A DNA stretch of 32,000 nucleotides, from assembly GCF_000007145.1 (NCBI RefSeq), contig NC_003902.1, forward strand, positions 4,106,497-4,138,496, in the 5' to 3' direction. This DNA is from Xanthomonas campestris pv. campestris str. ATCC 33913. GTDB taxonomy: Bacteria > Pseudomonadota > Gammaproteobacteria > Xanthomonadales > Xanthomonadaceae. The notes under the pieces were generated by a model that had not been told where the DNA came from, searched no databases, and saw only the letters and a program-made list of their open reading frames with translations. This document shows, piece after piece, positions 25,338 through 32,000 of the stretch (its first letter is position 1; the number at the start of each line of letters is the position of its first letter). Position numbers and translations under genes: made by a program.

Positions 25338-25659
25338 CGGGATTGGGGAATTGGGAGTGGGGAATCGGAGAGCGCTGTGCCGCCCTCGGTGCGGTTGAGG
25401 CTAAGCGCGGCGAACAGACCGTAGCAAGCAATCGTCAGGCGGGTGCGGACAGCGCAGAGGAGCCAAAGCGCAGGGGGGGGTCCATGAGGGTTTCGAGCAG
25501 CGGTCGCGCCTGCCTGGCAGCTGCGCAGCGGCGTTGTTCGCTGCTCTACAACTCACATTGGCGGAGCTCACCTCGGCGGGAGCGCATCGAAACGGCGCAG
25601 GGCCGCAGGCAGGGAATGGTTTGACGATTCCCCACTCCCGATTCCCGATTCCCGTCCCC
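25338..25659. repeat. Composite intergenic element: inverted heptamer arrays bracketing palindrome copy B
   Basis: The left array is gggattggggaattgggagtggggaatcggag (25338-25370). The right array is cgattccccactcccgattcccgattcccgtcccc (25625-25659). The interior 25402-25547 is colinear with 20058-20199. The element fills essentially the whole mreB-mreC spacer. Confidence 0.8.
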
Positions 25660-25660
25660 A

Positions 25661-26851
<1,191 letters not shown>

Positions 26852-26983
26852 TCACCCTGAACATGGCAAGCGCGTCTGGCCCTGGCCGGCCGCAGCCGTT
26901 AACCTTTGCGCCGCGGCGCCCGCGCCGTCCCGCTGCCATGCCCGGCAATTGGCGGCTATTTCCCTACGCAAAGGCCTGACTCG

Positions 26984-27916
26984 ATGTCCGCACTGATCTG
27001 TGGTTCCCTCGCCTACGACACCATCATGGTGTTCCCGGACCAGTTCAAGAACCACATCCTGCCGGACAAGGTGCACATCCTGAATGTGTCGTTCCTGGTG
27101 CCGCGCATGCGCCGCGAGTTCGGCGGTTGCGCCGGCAACATCGCCTACAACCTGCATCTGCTGGGCGGCGCGCCGATCCCGATGGGCACGGTGGGCCAGG
27201 ATTTCGGCCCCTACCGCGAGCATTTCGAGACGCTGGGCATCGACCTGTCGCGCGTGAAGATCATCGATGACCTGTTCACCCCGCAGGCGTTCATCACTAC
27301 CGACCACGACAACAACCAGATCACCGCCTTCCATCCGGGCGCGATGATGCGCAGCTACGAGAACCACGTGCGCGACGTGCCGGGCGTGACCCTGGGCCTG
27401 GTGGGCCCGGACGGGCGCGAAGGCATGATCCAGAACGCGGAAGAGTTCGCTGCCGGCGGCATCCCCTTCATCTTCGATCCCGGCCAGGCCATGCCGTTGT
27501 TCAACGGCCCGGAGCTGCGCGAGTTCATCGAGCAGGCCGACTACGTGGTGGTCAACGACTACGAGTCCAACCTGCTGCAGGAACGCACCGGCTGGAACGA
27601 GCAGGACATCGTGTCGCGCGTGCAGGCCTACATCACCACGCAGGGCCCGAAGGGCGCGCTGGTGCACACGCCCGAAAAGACCTACGACATTCCGCCGGCG
27701 CACGAGCGCCGCGTGGTCGACCCCACCGGCTGCGGCGACGCCTTCCGCGCCGGGCTGATCTACGGCATCCAGCACAACTACGACTGGCTGACCATCGGCC
27801 GCATGGGCAACCTGATGGGCGCGCTGAAGGTGGAGCACCCGGGCACCCAGAACCAGCGCTTCGACTTCGCCGAGTTCAACGACCAGTTCAAGCAGCAGTT
27901 CGGCTACGCGCTGTAA
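26984..27916 (+). CDS. PfkB-family carbohydrate/nucleoside kinase
   Basis: Start at MSALICGSLAYD (ATG 26984), 310 aa. It has the N-terminal GG motif region (EFGGCAGNIAYNL) and the PfkB signature-2-like DPTGCGDAFRAGLIYG. The substrate cannot be called from sequence. Confidence 0.85.
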   Translation: MSALICGSLAYDTIMVFPDQFKNHILPDKVHILNVSFLVPRMRREFGGCAGNIAYNLHLLGGAPIPMGTVGQDFGPYREHFETLGIDLSRVKIIDDLFTPQAFITTDHDNNQITAFHPGAMMRSYENHVRDVPGVTLGLVGPDGREGMIQNAEEFAAGGIPFIFDPGQAMPLFNGPELREFIEQADYVVVNDYESNLLQERTGWNEQDIVSRVQAYITTQGPKGALVHTPEKTYDIPPAHERRVVDPTGCGDAFRAGLIYGIQHNYDWLTIGRMGNLMGALKVEHPGTQNQRFDFAEFNDQFKQQFGYAL

Positions 27917-28595
27917 GCACGCAGCGGCGCCGCAGGGTGCTGATGCGGTTGTAAGTGCATGACCTGGCTCCGCGCGCCGTGGCGGCGGCGCCGGCGTTGC
28001 GTGTAATGGTTGCTGCGAGGCGCACTGGTAGCTCATGCACCGATGTCCCGGTCAAATACGTTTGGCCGTGGCGATAGTGGGTTCGCCCGTGGCGATGGCG
28101 CGGGTGTGCATCTCCCCCGCCCGCCTCGTCCCCTTCTTCCCCATCCGAAGTGATCGGGACAGTCGATTGCGTGGGACAACTCAGCACGGCGGCGAGCCGC
28201 TGCCTGCGGCTGCCGATCTGCTACGGCGGGCAGTGGCAATGGCAATGGCACAGCGCCGGCATCAAGTCATGCGCACCAGGTGTCCAAGGCCGCGAAACAG
28301 CAGTTCGGCTAAAACGCCGTCGTCCTGCGTAAAGCCCGCGCAAGCTTGCAGTGCATTGCAGCGAACTCAGCAATAGCAGCGTGCCGACTTCGCCGAGTGA
28401 TAACGGCTGCTGTGGTCGCCCTATCCGTGCAAACCGCCGTTGCGCGCGTCATCCCACCGCGCCAGCCGTGGTCCGGCCCGCCATACCGCAGCAGGCATTG
28501 CGTCACCGCCGTCGCGCTTTGCTGCGATGCGGTTTGAGCATGGGCCCGGTTTGTGTCTCTACTGGCGCCTCGCGCCCTTCGAGGAACGCTGGCCC

Positions 28596-30569
28596 ATGTC
28601 CGAGCCGAGCGTTGTGGCCAGCACCTCCATCGTCCTGCCGGAGATCGAGCCGGAACTGCTCCAGCAGATCCGCCGGCTGCGCGATATCGCGCCGCTGGCG
28701 GCTCCGCTGTCGCGTTCCTGGCGTCGCTGCCTGGAGGACTACGCCTTGTTGCCGGAGGCGCTGCCGGACCCGATGGTGCATGACGCCCTGCATGTGCGCG
28801 AGCGCCAGCAACGCCTGGGCGATGTCCTGCGGATCGCCCGGGTGGAGATGGAAAACCTCTACGAGCAGATCGCCGGCAGCGGCTATGCGGTGATCTTTGC
28901 CGACGCCGACGCCACCGTGCTGCACAGCGTGCACGACCCTACCCTGCTGCGCGAATTCCGCCAGGTGGGCCTGTTTGCCGGCGCCAGCTGGGCGGAGCGC
29001 CATCAGGGCACCAACGGGCTGGGCACCTGCGCGGCCGAGCGCACCGCGGTGAGCGTGCACCGCGGCGAGCATTACCTGACCCGGCACCTGCCGCTGTCGT
29101 GCTGCAGCGCGCCGATCCTGGACGCGCACGGCGGGCTGCTGGCGGTGCTGGATGCCTCCACCCCCAATGCCCAGGACGGCAAGCAGATCCAGCGCCATAC
29201 CGTGGCGCTGGTGAGCATGTCGGCGGCGCAGATCTCGCGCTCGCACTTCCTCAACCAGTTCGGTCACGCCTTCATCCTGCGCTTCCACAGCCGCCCGGAG
29301 TTCGCCGGCCTGCTGCATGAAGCACTGATCGCCATCGGTGCCGATGGCCGCGTGCTGGCCGTGAACGAGGCGGTGCTGGAGCAGCTGGGCAAGCTGGACC
29401 GCAGCCAGCTGGTGGGCCGCGACATCTCGCAGGTGATGCAGCTGGACTTCGACACCATCGAGCACCGCGCCGGCAGCGATGCCGGCACCTTGTGGTCGAT
29501 CCGTTGCGCCTGCCACGGCCGCCGCTTCTATGCGCTGGTGCGGCCGCCGCGTGCGCGCCCGGCGCTGCCGGCAGTGGGCGGGCCGGCACAGCCGGCCACG
29601 GAAACCGAATTGAATCCTGGCGAGCATGTCGGTTCGGATCCGCGCATGCGCCACAACCTGGCCAATGCGCTGAAACTGGCGGCGCACCGCGTCTCCATCC
29701 TGCTGCGCGGCGACACCGGCACCGGCAAGGAGGAGTTTGCCAAGGCCGTGCACCGCGGTTCGCCCTGGGCAAGCGGCGCGTTTGTGGCGATCAACTGCGC
29801 GGCCATTCCCGAGGCGCTGATCGAAAGCGAATTGTTCGGCTATGCGCGCGGCGCATTTACCGACGCCGCGCGCGAAGGCCGCCACGGCAAGTTGCTGCAG
29901 GCCAGCGGCGGCACCTTGTTTCTGGATGAAATCGGCGACATGCCGCTGCCGTTGCAAAGCCGCCTGCTGCGTGTGCTGGAAGAACAATGCGTTACCCCAC
30001 TCGGCAGCGAGCGTGCGGTGCCGCTGGAGTTGCACGTGATCAGCGCCAGCCACCGAGACCTGGCCCAGCGCGTCTCCGCGGGCGAGTTTCGCGAAGACCT
30101 GTATTACCGACTCAACGGCGTGGTGCTGCATCTGCCGCCCTTGCGCGAGCGCAGCGACAAGGCCGAGTTGATCCGCACCCTGCTGCGCGAAGAGAACAAC
30201 GAGCGCGGTGTCCGCATCAGCGAAGAGGCCATGCACAAACTGCTCAGCTACGCGTGGCCCGGCAATCTGCGCCAGCTGCGCAACGTGCTGCGCACCGCCG
30301 CGGTGCTGTGCAGCGATGCGGTGATTCGCCTGCCCAACCTGCCGCAGGAAATCGTCGATGCCGGCAGTGCGCCGTGCCTGGTCGATGGCCGCGCCGTGGC
30401 CGCCGACGACATGCCCGGGCGCGTGGCGCTGGACCAGGCCGAGCGCCTGGTCCTGCAGCAGCAGCTCGAACGACACCGTTGGAATGTCAGCCGCACCGCT
30501 GACGCGCTGGGCATCAGCCGCAATACGCTGTATCGCAAGCTGCGCAAGCATGGGTTGGAAACGGGGTGA
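28596..30569 (+). CDS. Sigma54-dependent transcriptional activator, AcoR-like (GAF-type sensor + AAA+ + Fis-type HTH)
   Basis: Start chosen at MSEPSVVAS (ATG 28596). AAA+ core motifs are ILLRGDTGTGKEEFA (Walker A), ESELFGYARGAFTDA (a GAFTGA-loop variant reading GAFTDA), GGTLFLDEIGDMPL (Walker B) and WPGNLRQLRNVL. The C-terminal HTH is VSRTADALGISRNTLYRKLRKHG. The N-terminal region resembles AcoR-type GAF sensors. Confidence 0.88.
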   Translation: MSEPSVVASTSIVLPEIEPELLQQIRRLRDIAPLAAPLSRSWRRCLEDYALLPEALPDPMVHDALHVRERQQRLGDVLRIARVEMENLYEQIAGSGYAVIFADADATVLHSVHDPTLLREFRQVGLFAGASWAERHQGTNGLGTCAAERTAVSVHRGEHYLTRHLPLSCCSAPILDAHGGLLAVLDASTPNAQDGKQIQRHTVALVSMSAAQISRSHFLNQFGHAFILRFHSRPEFAGLLHEALIAIGADGRVLAVNEAVLEQLGKLDRSQLVGRDISQVMQLDFDTIEHRAGSDAGTLWSIRCACHGRRFYALVRPPRARPALPAVGGPAQPATETELNPGEHVGSDPRMRHNLANALKLAAHRVSILLRGDTGTGKEEFAKAVHRGSPWASGAFVAINCAAIPEALIESELFGYARGAFTDAAREGRHGKLLQASGGTLFLDEIGDMPLPLQSRLLRVLEEQCVTPLGSERAVPLELHVISASHRDLAQRVSAGEFREDLYYRLNGVVLHLPPLRERSDKAELIRTLLREENNERGVRISEEAMHKLLSYAWPGNLRQLRNVLRTAAVLCSDAVIRLPNLPQEIVDAGSAPCLVDGRAVAADDMPGRVALDQAERLVLQQQLERHRWNVSRTADALGISRNTLYRKLRKHGLETG

Positions 30570-30578
30570 CTGAGCGGC

Positions 30579-30608
30579 GGGGATTGGTGATTGGGGATTG
30601 GGGATTCG
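30579..30608. repeat. Heptamer array (GGGGATT type), solitary half-element
   Basis: ggggattggtgattggggattggggattcg lies 10 nt after the activator stop. No obvious inverted partner was found nearby. Confidence 0.7.
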
Positions 30609-30762
30609 TCAAAGCCAAGGCAGTGGCTTTGCGCTGACATTTAGAGCGATCAACACAATTATTTCTTGGCCATCAGACGGGTGGTGCTGTGGCCGTGTGC
30701 GGCGTTTGTCATGCGCGCATGTCGCGATTGCGGAGCGGGTGCTCTGGGCTTAGCTGCAGGGC

Positions 30763-30864
30763 CCTTGCCCGCCCACCATCGCGGGACACGCTGCAAGTAC
30801 GTCCTTGTAAGCTCTTACGCGGCATCCATGCCGCGTAAGGTCCCGCGACGGTGAGCGGGCAAGG
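30763..30864. repeat. REP-like nested-hairpin element, copy C
   Basis: The outer arms are ccttgcccgcccaccatcgcgggac and gtcccgcgacggtgagcgggcaagg. The inner hairpin is a perfect 12-bp stem, cttacgcggcat-cc-atgccgcgtaag (30814-30839). It is colinear with the reverse complement of 31854-31960. Confidence 0.75.
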
Positions 30865-30920
30865 ACCAGTGGAGATGGTCGGTGTGCATGGTGCAAGCAA
30901 TGCTTGACGTGGGTTGCTTA

Positions 30921-31769
30921 GAACCTGTTCACGATCTTTCCTGATCAGTGCAGACTATGCGGATGCGCCAAAAGACCTATCCGAGTGACATGAGCCGGGA
31001 GCAGTTCGAACACGTGCTGCCGATTCTGGAACAAGCGCGTAAGCGCACCAAGCCACGCCGTGTGGATATGTATGAGGTGTGGTGCGCAGTGTTGTACGTG
31101 CTGCGAACCGGTTGCCAATGGCGAGCGCTACCCAGCGACTTTCCGAAGTGGCGAACCGTGCACTCGTACTTTGCCAAGTGGAGCGAGTGCGACGATGAGG
31201 GAGTGAGCCTGCTGGAGCAGGCACTTAAAAAATCAGGTTGGCGTGGCCCGCGCCAGACAGGAGCGCAACGCTTGCACCAGGTTCTTGATCGTGGACGCGC
31301 AGAGCGTAAAGAACACGGACACAGCAGGGCAAAAGGGATATGACACGGGCAAGAAGGTGTCGGGCATCAAGCGGCATATCGCTGTTGATACTCAGGGATT
31401 GCCCCATGCAATCGCGGTGACGACGGCGGAGGTGACCGACCGCAAAGGTGCGCTGCAAGCGTTGGAGCGCTGCCAGTCAAAGTTGACGCATGTACAAACC
31501 TTACTGTGCGACAGCGGTTACACCGGAGTACGGTTTGCCGACGGCGTGCGAGAGATTTTAGGCGAACAGCTCACGGTGCAGATTGCCAAGCGCAGCGAAC
31601 TGCACACCTTCAAGGTCATGCCCAAGCGATGGATCGTCGAGCGTAGTTTTGCTTGGCTGGAGAAGAACCGAAGGCTATGGAAGAACTGCGAGCGCAAACT
31701 CAACACCAGCCTGCAGTTCATCCATTTGGCCTTCTTGGCACTATTACTCAGAAGATCGTGAACAGGTTC
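30921..31769 (+). mobile_element. IS5-family (IS427/IS1031-like small subgroup) insertion sequence, 849 bp
   Basis: It has perfect 18-bp terminal inverted repeats: gaacctgttcacgatctt (30921-30938) and aagatcgtgaacaggttc (31752-31769). Direct TTA flanks it at 30918-30920 and 31770-31772, a putative 3-bp TNA-type TSD. It encodes a DDE_Tnp_1-type transposase in two frames. Confidence 0.85.
30948..31761 (+). CDS. IS5-family transposase, split into two overlapping frames (orfA 30948..31343, orfB frame to 31761)
   Basis: OrfA reads MRQKTYPSDMSREQFEHVLPILEQARKRTKPRRVDMYEVWCAVLYVLRTGCQWRALPSDFPKWRTVHSYFAKW (the DUF4096-like N-terminus of IS5 transposases). The orfB frame reads …FLIVDAQSVKNTDTAGQKGYDTGKKVSGIKRHIAVDTQGLP…LLCDSGYTG…RWIVERSFAWLEKNRRLWKNCERK (DDE). 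The frames meet at the A6 run 31227-31232, and orfB is +1 relative to orfA. Confidence 0.8.
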
Positions 31770-31853
31770 TTAGATAACCGCGCGTCCGATCATTTTCTCA
31801 ATGAAAGCCGAGCAAAGGACAAGATTTCAAGAAAACAACCGACCAACTCCAAG

Positions 31854-31960
31854 GTGCGGTGTCCTCGCCGCTTGCGGGACCGTGTGGCGGCACGGATGCC
31901 GCCACCGAGCCCCCAGGGACGGGTTCACGGCGTGTCCCGCGAGCGGTGAGGGCACCGCAC
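31854..31960. repeat. REP-like nested-hairpin element, copy D (inverted relative to copy C)
   Basis: The outer arms are gtgcggtgtcctcgccgcttgcgggac and gtcccgcgagcggtgagggcaccgcac. The inner hairpin is gtggcggca-cgga-tgccgccac (31884-31905). Its reverse complement shares cgcgggacacgc…cgtcc…gcggcatccRtgccgc…ggtcccgc with copy C. Confidence 0.75.
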
Positions 31961-32000
31961 TGCCGATCAGCGCGACACGCGGCCCTCCAGAGACCGCCGA

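Noticed and set aside
24008-25659. Heptamer and palindromic repeats as a possible CRISPR array
   Set aside because: The repeat units are 7 nt tandem heptamers, not 24-48 nt repeats separated by unique spacers of uniform length. No cas genes or leader are present, and part of the region lies inside mreC.

Overview
High-GC gammaproteobacterial chromosome segment. Gene content, a canonical PIP-box promoter and the IS types look Xanthomonas-like; this is inference from the sequence and translations, and no database search was run.

Two conserved blocks, almost all on the minus strand, form the core:
- Block 1: prc (partial), lipA, lipB, ybeD, a CsgG-like/SH3 exported protein, an LpxR-family lipid A deacylase (+), a PBP5/6-type DD-carboxypeptidase, rlpA, mltB, and a GH28 polygalacturonase driven by a PIP box.
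- Block 2: the elongasome genes rodA-mrdA and mreD-mreC-mreB, then (+) a PfkB-family kinase and a sigma54 AcoR-like activator.

Between the blocks (~11.7-20.25 kb) sits an accessory island, the main item of interest:
- A virD4-type coupling-protein gene, cleanly split by a 1,203-bp IS3/IS407-group element with a 4-bp target duplication.
- Two paralogous small ORFs of an unrecognised family. One lies in a strikingly AT-rich patch; the other is ATGA-coupled to the toxin gene.
- A ~1,275-codon modular gene: N-terminal zeta-toxin-like P-loop kinase, a Gly/Ala-rich hydrophobic segment, a PG-binding domain, and an XVIPCD-like Gln-rich C-terminus. It is broken by an 8-bp tandem duplication.
- No virB structural genes are in the window.

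I read this as an orphan (and currently inactivated) coupling-protein / zeta-kinase effector / cytoplasmic-immunity cassette of a bacteria-killing Xanthomonadales-type T4SS.

Several repeat families are also present:
- GGGAATC-type heptamer arrays, found as intergenic inverted pairs and, unusually, in frame inside the mreC 3' tail.
- ~145-bp imperfect palindromes (two copies).
- REP-like nested hairpins in inverted orientation around an 849-bp IS5-family element near the right end.

No rRNA, tRNA or CRISPR array was seen. Many long track ORFs are antisense shadows of real genes, as expected in high-GC DNA.
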